From: an uncultured Eubacteriales bacterium | Lineage (GTDB): Bacteria > Bacillota > Clostridia > Christensenellales > RUG350 | NCBI GenBank assembly: GCA_900315995.1 | Contig: ONBF01000002.1 | Span: 1 to 54,409, forward strand | Direction of reading: 5' to 3' | DNA length: 54,409 nt | Shown here: piece after piece, positions 38,288 through 48,442 of the stretch | How positions within the stretch are numbered: position 1 is the first letter of the stretch | How the letters are laid out: each line of letters opens with the position of its first letter | The notes under the pieces: model-generated | Seen by the model: only the letters and a program-made list of their open reading frames with translations | Told to the model about the DNA's origin: nothing | The model's database searches: none | Translations under genes and position numbers: made by a program

Positions 38288-40014
38288 TGGCTGAAAAAAC
38301 TTTGTCAAAAACCGAGTACACGGCTAAAAACGCTATGTGGTCGATAGTGGGAAAACTTATAGGCGATATATTGGGATTTATATCGCGAAGTTTCTTTATC
38401 AAATATCTCGGATTATACTACTTGGGACTTAACAGTTTGTTTACGAGTGTTTTGTCCGTATTGTCTCTTGCTGAACTCGGTATAGGTTCGGCAATTACGT
38501 TCAGTCTTTATAAGCCGTTATCCGAAGGAGATACCGAAAAGATAAAGTCTTTGATGAAATATTACAAGAGAGCGTATACGGGTATCGCGCTTGCGGTTAC
38601 GGCACTCGGTTTAATCATAATGCCGTTTCTGCGCTATATCGTAAGTGATTGGGAATCGTATGCGTCGTCCGCAAGCGGTTACAATCCTTATACAGTATAC
38701 TTGATTATTCTGGCTACAACCGCTACTTCGTATCTTCTTTCATACAAAAGGACGCTAATTATCGCCGATCAAAAGGAATACGTAGTTAAGAATTTTACGA
38801 CTTTATTTTCCATTTTGTCGTATGCGGCGCAGATAGTGTTATTGATAACGACAAAAAACTTTTATATATATCTCTGCGTAGCGCTTATAAGTTCCAATCT
38901 CTCTAATATTTTTCTTAACGTAATAATCAACGGAAAATATCCGTATATCAAAGAGAAAAACGTTGAAAAGCTCGATGATGGCGAACGTAAGAAAATCGGT
39001 AAAAACGTACGTGCGCTTATTGTGGATAAACTCGGCACTACGTTTGTTTACCAAACGGACAACATAATAACGTCCGCTATAATCAATACGGTAATCGTCG
39101 GCGTCGTATCAAACTACAATACTGTAATAACTATGATTGCGGGATTTGTAAATATTATCACCGGAGCGGCGCAAGCAAGTCTCGGACATTTTATCGCAAA
39201 TGCGGATGCCGAAAGACGATATGAATTGTTCAAGACTTATAGGTTTATTCATTTTTGGCAGTCGTCGTTTGCGACTATATGTATTTTCGCGTTGATTCAA
39301 CCGTTTATGAAAATTTGGGTTGTTGAAGACGCGTATATGCTCGATATGCTGTCGCTATTTGCTTTTGCGGTTGCCAACTATATAAACTTGGAACGCGGAC
39401 CTATACTTTATTTTAAGATAGCGGGTGGCATATTCGATGCGGATAAATGGCTTGCGTTCGTTATGGGTATCGTCAACGTCGGGGCGTCAATCTGTTTGGG
39501 GCTTTGGCTCGGCGTTGCGGGAATTTATTTCGGCACGATAGTGACGGGGATGCTTGCGACAATCGTAAGACCGATTATAGTATATAAGCGATTGTTTAAG
39601 CGTTCACCGAAAGAATATTTCGTAATGTGGTGCATATATGCGGGATTCACGGTTTCCGCGGGAGTGGGAGCGTATTATCTTATCAAATGTTTTTCGCAAC
39701 TTGTCGGGTACGTTCCGAACAGAAGTGCTTCGGGTATATTTGTATTTCTCGCAATGTGCGTCGTTATGGCGGTACTCGTCAATCTTTTATTGTTTCTTGT
39801 ATTCGGAAAAACGAAAGAATTCAAGAGAGCGTGGCGTACAGTCAAAAACGTATTCAATAGTTATAAAAAGCGTTTCGGCAAGAATAATCAGGCTGACAAA
39901 GTTTTAACCGAAACGAATAAAACGGAAGACGGAAACTCCGAATCAAACGGTAAAAACGAAAACATTGCCGACAGTGAAAGCGAACGACTTATCGTTGAAG
40001 ATAAAACGAGTTAA
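38287..40014 (+). CDS. wzx: Wzx-type oligosaccharide flippase (MOP superfamily) with an acidic/polar C-terminal tail of about 70 aa
   Basis: 12-14 TM segments. N-terminus '...AKNAMWSIVGKLIGDILGFISRSFFIKYLG..YLGLNSLFTSVLSVLSLAELGIGSA'. Confidence 0.8.
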   Translation: MAEKTLSKTEYTAKNAMWSIVGKLIGDILGFISRSFFIKYLGLYYLGLNSLFTSVLSVLSLAELGIGSAITFSLYKPLSEGDTEKIKSLMKYYKRAYTGIALAVTALGLIIMPFLRYIVSDWESYASSASGYNPYTVYLIILATTATSYLLSYKRTLIIADQKEYVVKNFTTLFSILSYAAQIVLLITTKNFYIYLCVALISSNLSNIFLNVIINGKYPYIKEKNVEKLDDGERKKIGKNVRALIVDKLGTTFVYQTDNIITSAIINTVIVGVVSNYNTVITMIAGFVNIITGAAQASLGHFIANADAERRYELFKTYRFIHFWQSSFATICIFALIQPFMKIWVVEDAYMLDMLSLFAFAVANYINLERGPILYFKIAGGIFDADKWLAFVMGIVNVGASICLGLWLGVAGIYFGTIVTGMLATIVRPIIVYKRLFKRSPKEYFVMWCIYAGFTVSAGVGAYYLIKCFSQLVGYVPNRSASGIFVFLAMCVVMAVLVNLLLFLVFGKTKEFKRAWRTVKNVFNSYKKRFGKNNQADKVLTETNKTEDGNSESNGKNENIADSESERLIVEDKTS

Positions 40015-40015
40015 T

Positions 40016-40948
40016 ATGGTTAACGTATTAAGAAAGGGGCTTATAAAGTGTTACAATGCTTGGATATATTACAAGCGCGACTTTCCTATGCGAGTAAAAC
40101 GCCGTAAAGACTTTTTTTATAGGATAACGCATAAAATGCCGAAAGTTATGTCTGTCAAAGATACGGCTGAATATATAATAAACAACCGTTGTTCTTGTTC
40201 GCGTTTCGGCGACGGCGAAATGAAGATAGTTTGCGGGACGGGAATAAATTTTCAGAACTATGACGAACGATTAAGCGCAAGGCTTAAAGAAATTCTCAAT
40301 ACGTCCGAAGACGAATATTTCGTATGTATTTCCGATATGTTCGGAAGTCTTCGATTTTTCAACAAAAAGTCAAGAAGATATATGCTCGATATTCTTGCCG
40401 ACAACAGAAAGAAATGGCTCAAAGCAATAAACATTAAAAGGACGTTCGGAAACACTTTCGTAACAAGATGTTATATCGATTGGAAAGACAGATCTTCTTC
40501 AAAATGCCATTTTGAATTGTTGAAAAGAATCTGGACGGGGCGCGATACGGTAATAGTCGAAGGCAAATACAGCAGGCTCGGAGTCGGCAACGATTTGTTT
40601 GAATCGGCAAAATCAATCGAACGCATATTGTGTCCCGCTAAGAACGCATTTTCAAAGTACGACGAGATATTGAAATTTGTTACCGAACGCGTTTCGAAAG
40701 ATAAACTCGTATTGCTTGCGCTGGGACCGACGGCTACCGTACTCGGTTACGATTTGGACAAACTCGGATATCAAGCGGTGGATATAGGTCATGCAGATGT
40801 TGAATACGAGTGGTGTTTAATGGGGGCGGAGTATAAAGTTCCGATTAAAAACAAATATGTAAACGAAGCGAATAACGGAGAGATTGACGAAGACAATCTC
40901 GACGACAAAACGTACAAAAATCAGATAATAGGAGTTATAGATGGTTAA
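40016..40948 (+). CDS. GT-D type glycosyltransferase (DUF1792 / SP_1767-like)
   Basis: 'SCSRFGDGEMKI' motif near the N-terminus and 'LGPTATVLGYDL...GYQAVDIGHAD'. Start taken at MVNVLRKG (1 nt after the wzx stop). Confidence 0.65.
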   Translation: MVNVLRKGLIKCYNAWIYYKRDFPMRVKRRKDFFYRITHKMPKVMSVKDTAEYIINNRCSCSRFGDGEMKIVCGTGINFQNYDERLSARLKEILNTSEDEYFVCISDMFGSLRFFNKKSRRYMLDILADNRKKWLKAINIKRTFGNTFVTRCYIDWKDRSSSKCHFELLKRIWTGRDTVIVEGKYSRLGVGNDLFESAKSIERILCPAKNAFSKYDEILKFVTERVSKDKLVLLALGPTATVLGYDLDKLGYQAVDIGHADVEYEWCLMGAEYKVPIKNKYVNEANNGEIDEDNLDDKTYKNQIIGVIDG

Positions 40949-41933
40949 AAAAGGCAGCGTTGCGTTGATAACGCCGTGTTATAACGGAGAAAAATACTTA
41001 AACATCTGGTTTGACTGTATTATGAGACAGACTTATCAAAACGTTGAAATTTTCGTCATTGACGACGGCTCAACGGATAAATCTGCGGAAATACTGAAAT
41101 CATTTGAAAACAAATTTATCGACAAAGGCTATGCTTTTCACTGTTATTCGCAACAAAACGGGGGAGCCGCATCAGCAGTGCAAGCGGTGCTTAACGTAAT
41201 CGAAACCGACTATATATATCTATACGACGTTGACGATTGCATTTACGAAAACGCAATCGAAACGATGGCGGATTTCTTGAACGAAAACGCAAATTACGAT
41301 ATGGTAAGATGTAACGGTTATTACACGCGTAATCTGTCCGAAAATAAAGAAGGAACGTTTTATACGAGTGACAGACTTAAAAACAAAGAAAACATATTCA
41401 CGTCGCTTGTAAAAGGCGAAACAGTCAATTTTCCTGCGAGTTATATGATTCGTGCCGATGTGCTTTTCGGAAAACTTAACGATAGAACGATATATATTTC
41501 CGAATTCGGACAGAATATGCAAATAATGTTGCCCGTTGCGTATTCGGGCAAGTGCGGATACATCGACGAACCGCTTATGGAGTATACGATCAGAGAAGAT
41601 TCCGATTCGCATAAAGGGGGTTATGAGAGAAAAGTTTATATGACGGACGGATATACAAAAAACCGTATCGAAACGATTAAAATGCTTGATATGTCCGACA
41701 ATGAAAAAGAGCGTTATATAAAACTTGCTCGGGACGCGTGCGCTCTTCGAAAGCTCGACTTTATGTACGAATACGGCAATAAAGATTTATATTTTCGAGA
41801 GTACAAACGTTTGAAAGCGGAAGGGATAATCGATAAAAACGCTGAAATGAAATATTTGAGACGCAGATATAAATTCATTGATTTTTGTGCAAAAGCGCGG
41901 AATAAGCTTGTGAGAATATTATGCAAAAGATAG
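40941..41933 (+). CDS. Glycosyltransferase family 2
   Basis: 'VALITPCYNGEKYLNIWFDCIMRQTYQNVEIFVIDDGSTD...YDVDD'. Confidence 0.8.
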   Translation: MVKKGSVALITPCYNGEKYLNIWFDCIMRQTYQNVEIFVIDDGSTDKSAEILKSFENKFIDKGYAFHCYSQQNGGAASAVQAVLNVIETDYIYLYDVDDCIYENAIETMADFLNENANYDMVRCNGYYTRNLSENKEGTFYTSDRLKNKENIFTSLVKGETVNFPASYMIRADVLFGKLNDRTIYISEFGQNMQIMLPVAYSGKCGYIDEPLMEYTIREDSDSHKGGYERKVYMTDGYTKNRIETIKMLDMSDNEKERYIKLARDACALRKLDFMYEYGNKDLYFREYKRLKAEGIIDKNAEMKYLRRRYKFIDFCAKARNKLVRILCKR

Positions 41934-43072
41934 ACGTGATTTGCAATTTCGATAAATGTACGGGGTGCAGTGCGTGCGTTAATGTTTGTCCGACGGGCGC
42001 AATAAGTATGCGCGAGTGTGTTGCGGGATTTCTGTATCCGAAAATCGATAAAGACAAGTGCGCAAACTGTATGGAGTGCGTTAAGACGTGTCCCGTAAAT
42101 AACGGGGTTAAACCGTGTAAAACAAACGTCGGATATTCGGCGTTCGTTACCGATAAAGACGCGCTTAAAAAAAGTTCGTCCGGCGGTGTGTTCGGCGCGC
42201 TTGCAAACGCGGTATTTAACGAAAACGGCGTTGTTTACGGTGCTGTTTATGACGACAAACTGAAAGTCGTACACGTTAAAGCGACGAATCAAACCGAGCT
42301 TGATAATATTCAAGGCTCAAAGTACGTGCAAAGTGACAAACGGGAAACGTTCAAAGAAATCAAAACTTTGCTTGATAAAGGCGAAAGCGTATTGTTTTCG
42401 GGCTGTCCGTGTGAAGTCGGCGGACTTAAAGCGTATTTGAGATGTGATTACAATAACTTGTTTACGCTTGATCTTGTTTGTCACGGCGTGCCGTCGTACA
42501 AAGTATTCAGGGCGTACGTCAACGGGAAACCGTACGGAGATAAAGTTGTAAACGTTGCGTTCAGAGATAAGAGAAACGGTTGGGAAAATTCGACGGTTCG
42601 CTACGACTTGTTTGACGGGACGGAAGAGATTGAAAGTTACTTCGATTGCAAATTTTTGAAAGGATATATCGACAATGTGTATCTCAGAAAATCGTGTTAT
42701 AATTGCGTTTTCAAAGGAGATGCGAGAGCGAGTGATATAACTCTCGGAGACTTATGGGGGGCGAAAGAATCGGGCTTTGTGAACGTGAACGAAAGCGGTA
42801 CGTCGCTTGTAATCGTGCATACGGAAAAAGGGGCAAAGTTTATAGACCGTCTTGTCAAAGGCGGGGTGTTGAATATATCGAATATAAGCGTTTCTGACGC
42901 TTATAAGCATAACCCGTCGGCAGTCGAATCAATGCCGCTTACAAATAAGCGTGCCAAGTTTTACAAGGTATTCGGAGTTAATAATTTCGACGAAGCGTTG
43001 AAAGCGTCCTATAAATCATCGTTTTTTGAAAAAGTCAAGTATAAACTTCAAAACATTTTCGGTAAAAAATAA
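41921..43072 (+). CDS. FrhB-like (coenzyme F420 hydrogenase/dehydrogenase beta-subunit family) protein with an N-terminal 2x[4Fe-4S] ferredoxin domain
   Basis: 'CTGCSACVNVCP' and 'CANCMECVKTCP' clusters. '...GSKYVQS...FSGCPCEVGGLK...LVCHGVPS' FrhB core. Confidence 0.8.
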   Translation: MQKIDVICNFDKCTGCSACVNVCPTGAISMRECVAGFLYPKIDKDKCANCMECVKTCPVNNGVKPCKTNVGYSAFVTDKDALKKSSSGGVFGALANAVFNENGVVYGAVYDDKLKVVHVKATNQTELDNIQGSKYVQSDKRETFKEIKTLLDKGESVLFSGCPCEVGGLKAYLRCDYNNLFTLDLVCHGVPSYKVFRAYVNGKPYGDKVVNVAFRDKRNGWENSTVRYDLFDGTEEIESYFDCKFLKGYIDNVYLRKSCYNCVFKGDARASDITLGDLWGAKESGFVNVNESGTSLVIVHTEKGAKFIDRLVKGGVLNISNISVSDAYKHNPSAVESMPLTNKRAKFYKVFGVNNFDEALKASYKSSFFEKVKYKLQNIFGKK

Positions 43073-43114
43073 AATAATCACGGCGGATATGTTTTTGTCG
43101 CCGTGATTATTTTA
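43073..43114. terminator. Bidirectional Rho-independent terminator between convergent operons
   Basis: 13 bp perfect stem 'aataatcacggcg'/'cgccgtgattatt', flanked by an A-run upstream and a T-run downstream. Confidence 0.85.
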
Positions 43115-43129
43115 TTGATATAATTTGTA

Positions 43130-43741
43130 TTAAACGATAATTCTGCTTACGCTCACTTCATATGCGGTCTTGATTACAATATCGCCGTTTTCAAGTACTT
43201 TCTGATATTCTCTCGATTGAATACGACCCTCAATGGATATGCGTTCTCCGACTTGCAAGTTTTTCGCAAAGCGTGCGTTTCTGCCCCAGGATATGCAAGG
43301 AATATAATCGGACTTATTATATGCGCGATTAACGGCTATTAACATATCGCATATTTCCCTTTTGAAAGGTGTGGTTCGATACATCGCGGGTTTACAAACG
43401 TAGCCGTTCAGCTCGATTGTATTCGGGTTTACGTTTTCGTCGAACGGTACGATTTCTCTTGCAAAGACGGTAAGCATAAGTTTGCTTTTATCACCTTCGA
43501 TTTTGTTGTAACTTCTGAATTGTCCGAGAAGCGAAACCATATTGCCACGCTTTATGTCATAATCTCGGATAAGGTGTTCCGATATAGTCATAGGGAGCAG
43601 ATCGGTTTGTTCGGATAAACGGTTGACCCGTATGAAAGTTTCGTAAAAATTTTCGCCGAACACTTCGTGCGAAAAGGCGGGTTCTGTTTCGATGACGCCG
43701 GATAAACTTGCTCTGTTGTTGTTCAATAGATCGTAATTCAT
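43130..43741 (-). CDS. OB-fold single-stranded-DNA-binding-like protein (about 200 aa, no acidic SSB tail)
   Basis: Start at MNYDLL with a GGAGG SD. Two OB-like halves ('LSGVIETEP...NFYETFIRVNR...LPMTIS', 'IELNGYVCK...ISWGRNARFAKNLQVGERISIEGRIQSREY'). Assigned on resemblance only. Confidence 0.5.
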   Translation of the reverse strand: MNYDLLNNNRASLSGVIETEPAFSHEVFGENFYETFIRVNRLSEQTDLLPMTISEHLIRDYDIKRGNMVSLLGQFRSYNKIEGDKSKLMLTVFAREIVPFDENVNPNTIELNGYVCKPAMYRTTPFKREICDMLIAVNRAYNKSDYIPCISWGRNARFAKNLQVGERISIEGRIQSREYQKVLENGDIVIKTAYEVSVSRIIV

Positions 43742-43767
43742 AGTGCCTCCGTATTTCATAAAGTATA

Positions 43768-44550
43768 TTATATTTTTGTTTCGCCGTCAATATCTGAGTG
43801 TTGCACGCCGTTATTGTCTATATAATAATTCTCGTACATAACGAGATCGCCGACTGCCTTAAACTTGTATCCTTTGGCGATAAGTCCCGATAATACGACC
43901 GGAAGGGCTTCGACTATATGGTCACTGTTATTATGGCACAAAATAATCGATCCGTCATTAACTCGGGATAAAATTCTCGAACTTATTTCTTTCGCCGAAA
44001 TGCCTTTCCAATCGAGCGAATCGACAGACCATTGAACAGGCAACACGTTTAACGATTTGCTTACTGTTATGAGCGTATCGTTATATTCGCCGTATGGCGG
44101 ACGAAATACGCGAACGGTCGCGCCTGTCAAAGATTGAATTTTATCAATCGACATACTTAAATCTTGTTTCATTTCTTCTTCGCTTAATTTGCTCATATGA
44201 AGGTGTGCGCTGCTGTGCGTTCCTATCTCAAAGCCGTTCTCGTATATTTTCTTCGTTGTTTCGGGATATTTATCCACCCAAAACCCTACGAGAAAGAAAG
44301 TTGCGGTCGCGTCATACGATTTAAGAATTTCCATAATCTTTTCTGTTTTGTCCGCGCCCCAGGCGGCGTCGAAAGACAAAGCGACGACTTTTTCGTCCGT
44401 ATCCACCGCGTATACCGGAAGTTTTCGGTTGCTGCGATTAAAAAACACGTCTGCGGATGCAGTGGCATTAAGCGTTGAACAGCAAGCGACGGTTACGAAC
44501 GCGAGAACCAAAGCGATAATCAAAAATTTTTTTTTCAAAATTACAAACAT
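43768..44550 (-). CDS. Polysaccharide deacetylase (NodB homology domain), secreted or membrane-anchored
   Basis: Start at MFVILKKKF (AAGGAG SD). 'ALSFDAAWG', 'ATFFLVG', 'FEIGTHSSAH', 'RPPYGEYN', 'ILCHN' NodB motifs. Confidence 0.85.
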   Translation of the reverse strand: MFVILKKKFLIIALVLAFVTVACCSTLNATASADVFFNRSNRKLPVYAVDTDEKVVALSFDAAWGADKTEKIMEILKSYDATATFFLVGFWVDKYPETTKKIYENGFEIGTHSSAHLHMSKLSEEEMKQDLSMSIDKIQSLTGATVRVFRPPYGEYNDTLITVSKSLNVLPVQWSVDSLDWKGISAKEISSRILSRVNDGSIILCHNNSDHIVEALPVVLSGLIAKGYKFKAVGDLVMYENYYIDNNGVQHSDIDGETKI

Positions 44551-44692
44551 CGAGTACTCCTTAATGATACAGATTCCCAAATGAATAAAATTAACGGATA
44601 TTGTCGAAAATTCACGAATAATACGTTAATTAACCGATAATACTGTATGCGCGTCTTTTTAATATATTCCGACGGGCGCGTCGGCGATAAGT

Positions 44693-44721
44693 TTGACATC
44701 AAGTGCCGAAAATAGTAAAAT
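44693..44721 (+). promoter_or_regulatory. Candidate sigma-A promoter for the GT-C module
   Basis: TTGACA - 17 nt - TAAAAT, about 40 nt upstream of the 44763 ATG. Confidence 0.55.
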
Positions 44722-44762
44722 TAATTAATATTGTAGCATTTATACGTATGAACGGAGATGTA

Positions 44763-46304
44763 ATGAAAAAGGTTGTCATTATCGGAGCGGGTCCCGCAGG
44801 ACTTACAGCTGCTTATTGGTTACTTAAAAATACGGATTGTATTCCCGTAATTTACGAAAGCAGCGATACAATAGGCGGAATCTCTCAAACAATTAACCAT
44901 AACGAAAACCGTATCGACATCGGCGGACACAGATTTTTCAGCAAGTCAGACGAAGTCGTTTCTATATGGAAAGAGATTTTAAGACCGCAAGGTGCGCCCG
45001 CAAAAGACGAACTTATTTTGAATAAAGAAGCGTCGCTTGCGGTAGGCGGTGCAAATCCCGAAACGGACGACGACGTACTTTTGACGCGTCATCGCGTATC
45101 GAGAATTTACTTTTTAAGGAAGTTTTTCGATTATCCGATATCGTTGAAGTTAAAAACTTTTGTCAATATGGGATTTTTCAGAACAGTTTACGCAGGATTG
45201 GGTTATATGCGGTCCGCAATATTCAAGAGAAAAGAAAAAAATCTCGAAGACTTTATGATTAACCGTTTCGGTAATCCGTTGTATAAGATGTTTTTCAGAG
45301 ATTATACGGCAAAAGTGTGGGGAAGAAGTCCGAAAGATATTTCGGCAGATTGGGGCGAGCAGCGTATAAAAGGGTTGTCTTTGAGAAAAGCTATCGGCAA
45401 CGCATTTGGAAAAATTTTCAAAAAGAAGAGCGAAAAAGCCGTTGAAACATCGCTTATAGAAAGTTTTATGTACCCGAAGTACGGTCCGGGGCAGTTATAT
45501 GAAACGATGGCAAAGCGGATAGTCGAGATGGGCGGAGAAATTCATATGAACACGCAAATCACGAATATCGAAGTCATAGACGGAAAGGTGACGAAAGTTT
45601 TGACGGACAAGCGTCGGGAGATAACGGGCTACGCATATATCTCGACTATGCCCGTTAAAGACTTGTTCGAGGGATTTATCGGAGACAAGGTTGACGAGCA
45701 GATTAAAAATATTGCGCTCAATCTTCCGTACCGTGATTTCATTACGGTGGGTTTGCTTGTCGATAAGTTGAAACTTAAAAATAAAACGAAGATAAAGACG
45801 GTCGGAAATATAGTCCCTGATTGCTGGATATATATTCAGGAGCGCAATGTAAAGATAGGCAGACTTCAAGTGTTTAACAACTGGTCGCCGTATATGGTTA
45901 AAGATTTTGAAAACAAAGTGTGGATAGGTCTCGAATACTTTTGTAACGAAGGCGACGAAATGTGGACTTTAAGCGACGAAGATATGATTGATTTCGGTAT
46001 ATCCGAACTTGTAAAGATAGGCATAATCGACGCTGCCGACGTGAGCGACAAAATGGTTAAGCGTATAAAGAAAGCATATCCCGCGTACTTCGACACATAT
46101 AAAGACTTCAAACTTGTCAAGAAGTATTTGACGGATATAGACGGCTTGTACTGTGCGGGGCGCAACGGTCAGCATAGATACAATAATATGGATCACAGTA
46201 TGCTTTCGGGTATTGAGTGCGCCAAGGTTATATCGGGCGTATCCGACGATAAAAACGCTATTTTCGAAGTCAACGCCGACAGAGATTATCAAGAGACGAA
46301 ATGA
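44763..46304 (+). CDS. NAD(P)/FAD-dependent oxidoreductase (amine-oxidase / UDP-galactopyranose-mutase-like fold)
   Basis: Start at [20 protein letters not shown] (GGAGA SD). 'IGGISQT...IDIGGHRFF' dinucleotide-binding signature. Confidence 0.75.
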   Translation: MKKVVIIGAGPAGLTAAYWLLKNTDCIPVIYESSDTIGGISQTINHNENRIDIGGHRFFSKSDEVVSIWKEILRPQGAPAKDELILNKEASLAVGGANPETDDDVLLTRHRVSRIYFLRKFFDYPISLKLKTFVNMGFFRTVYAGLGYMRSAIFKRKEKNLEDFMINRFGNPLYKMFFRDYTAKVWGRSPKDISADWGEQRIKGLSLRKAIGNAFGKIFKKKSEKAVETSLIESFMYPKYGPGQLYETMAKRIVEMGGEIHMNTQITNIEVIDGKVTKVLTDKRREITGYAYISTMPVKDLFEGFIGDKVDEQIKNIALNLPYRDFITVGLLVDKLKLKNKTKIKTVGNIVPDCWIYIQERNVKIGRLQVFNNWSPYMVKDFENKVWIGLEYFCNEGDEMWTLSDEDMIDFGISELVKIGIIDAADVSDKMVKRIKKAYPAYFDTYKDFKLVKKYLTDIDGLYCAGRNGQHRYNNMDHSMLSGIECAKVISGVSDDKNAIFEVNADRDYQETK

Positions 46305-47935
46305 TAAAAGAAATAAAACACGATTTCAAAGAGAATCCGTATAAGTTTTATTTATTCGCGGCGTTTATCGTATGGTGCGTTGCGGGACTTTTTTTTCACG
46401 AGTTATGGCGAGACGAGGCGCAAGCCTATCTTATAGTAAGAGACTGTTCTCTTTCCGAAACAATAGGGAGACTCAAAACGGAAGGACATCCCATACTTTG
46501 GTTTCTTCTTAACTATCCGTTCGTAAAACTCGGTATGGGAGTGTGGAGTCTTAAAATATTAAGCGTATCGTTTGCAATCGGCGCGTGCTATATGGTTTGT
46601 TTCAAATTGCGCGTCAATAATTTTTACCGTCTTTTATTCGTGCTGTTTACACCGTTACTGTTTCAGTACGGTATTGTTGCGAGAAGTTATTCGGTAGGTT
46701 TATTCTTTGCGTTGCTTGCGCTCGGATCTTATCATAAACGTAATGACAATAAGAGTTTCTTTATGTACGGCTTGTCGCTTGCGGTTATGTGTCAGGTATC
46801 TGTCAGTTTTGCGGTTATTGCGGGCGCGTTTATCGCAATGGATATACTTTACGCGCTCTTTGATAAACGTTTGACGCTTTTGTTGTCGAGTTATACGTTT
46901 TGGATTAACTTTCTGCTGTTTGCCGTATCGGCGTTTGTAATGCTGTATATGGTAGCACCCGGAAGTTATTATGAAGAGTATCAAGAGTTGAGTACGGGCT
47001 TTTCGGCGTTTACCGACGTACTCGGTACTGAGTATACTTTATCACCGCTCGGATTTACGGTGTCGTTTATTGCCGTACTCGGAGTACTGTTCGGATGGTT
47101 TCCGCTTGCTATGCATACATATGCGGTAACCGTGTTGACCGTACTTTCGGGGATATTCTCGTATATCGTATTCGTTCTCGTTTTCATTATGCTGTTGAAA
47201 ATGAACAATGAAAAATGGAGAAGCAGAGCGGTATTGTATTTTACGGTATTTGTCTTTGCGTTTGTCTTGCTTACTATGTTTACTCAGAAGTTATGGGTAC
47301 AGCATACGGGCGTGTTTTACGTCGCGCTTATTATAGTATTGACGCTTACATATCGTGATAAGGCTAACGATATCGATAAATCGACCGTTACGGGGTACTC
47401 ACCCGACAAGAAAGGGTATAAGTTCGTTGTCGCAACATTTGCCGTAATGATAATGGGGCTTGTGTTTCAGCCTGTGCTTGCGCTGCAAGACGTGTTCACG
47501 GCGTACGGAGACGCCGAAAATACTGCCGAATTTATCAAGACGAACGGATATGATAACGATAAAACGCTTATATACACTTACGACGAAGTGTTTTGCGCCG
47601 GCATAATTGCGAATCTTGAAAACATAAAGACGTTTACGTCGCCACGCGGTGAGTTCAGTTACGTTAAGTACGAAGGACTTGAAAAATATATGCAAGCCGA
47701 TATCGATTACGGCGCGATGGTGGAAAAATACGGCGATAAATACGATAATATTTTACTTATCGTATATTATGTGCGGGCAGACTACGACGAGCTCTGTAAG
47801 TTTTGGTTACCTGCCGAAGAAATGGGTAAGATTTACGGATACGGCGGATTTATTGCGCCGAGCGAGCCGATATACTCGTCGCCGAAAAAAATAAATCAAG
47901 CGGAGGAGAGTTTTTATATTTATAAACTCAAATAG
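46301..47935 (+). CDS. GT-C fold membrane glycosyltransferase (GT39/ArnT/PMT_2-like)
   Basis: 544 aa, about 12 TM segments, '[11 protein letters not shown]' acidic motif in the first extracytoplasmic loop, soluble C-terminal domain of about 170 aa. ATGA-coupled to the oxidoreductase. Confidence 0.6.
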   Translation: MIKEIKHDFKENPYKFYLFAAFIVWCVAGLFFHELWRDEAQAYLIVRDCSLSETIGRLKTEGHPILWFLLNYPFVKLGMGVWSLKILSVSFAIGACYMVCFKLRVNNFYRLLFVLFTPLLFQYGIVARSYSVGLFFALLALGSYHKRNDNKSFFMYGLSLAVMCQVSVSFAVIAGAFIAMDILYALFDKRLTLLLSSYTFWINFLLFAVSAFVMLYMVAPGSYYEEYQELSTGFSAFTDVLGTEYTLSPLGFTVSFIAVLGVLFGWFPLAMHTYAVTVLTVLSGIFSYIVFVLVFIMLLKMNNEKWRSRAVLYFTVFVFAFVLLTMFTQKLWVQHTGVFYVALIIVLTLTYRDKANDIDKSTVTGYSPDKKGYKFVVATFAVMIMGLVFQPVLALQDVFTAYGDAENTAEFIKTNGYDNDKTLIYTYDEVFCAGIIANLENIKTFTSPRGEFSYVKYEGLEKYMQADIDYGAMVEKYGDKYDNILLIVYYVRADYDELCKFWLPAEEMGKIYGYGGFIAPSEPIYSSPKKINQAEESFYIYKLK

Positions 47936-47944
47936 GAGAAGAAA

Positions 47945-48442
47945 ATGAAGAAGAATTTAACCGGAATAGGCATAATGCTCGTCGCGGCGGTTTTTACGGC
48001 GATAGGACAGATGCACTGGAAACTCGGACTTAATCACGTCGATACTTTATTCGACATATTCGCCACATCGGAAAACTTCGGGAAAGTAATCCCGTATATT
48101 ATTTCGGGATTCGTCTTGTACGGTTGCGGTTCGGCACTTATGATAGTCGCTTATAAATTCGGAGACGTAAGTATGTTGCACCCGTTACTCGGCGTGTCGT
48201 ATATATTGTCTTTGATAATCGGATTTTCGCTTCTCGGAGAAACGATAAACGCGCAAAAGATAATAGCCGTTATTGTAATAATTACGGGATTGTTTTTTCT
48301 CGGCTGGTCCGCTTACGACATCGAGAAGAAGAAAGGACAAAACAAATCTTTCGATAACGACGGCGGCGAACGAAAACACGCCGCGGAAGCCGTTAAAACG
48401 GATACTTTGAACGGCGACTCCGACAAGGAGGGAAGTGTATAA
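47945..48442 (+). CDS. Small 4-TM EamA/SMR-like protein (ArnE/ArnF-like candidate flippase subunit) with a polar C-terminal tail
   Basis: 165 aa. The four hydrophobic helices end '...IIAVIVIITGLFFLG'. Confidence 0.5.
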   Translation: MKKNLTGIGIMLVAAVFTAIGQMHWKLGLNHVDTLFDIFATSENFGKVIPYIISGFVLYGCGSALMIVAYKFGDVSMLHPLLGVSYILSLIIGFSLLGETINAQKIIAVIVIITGLFFLGWSAYDIEKKKGQNKSFDNDGGERKHAAEAVKTDTLNGDSDKEGSV

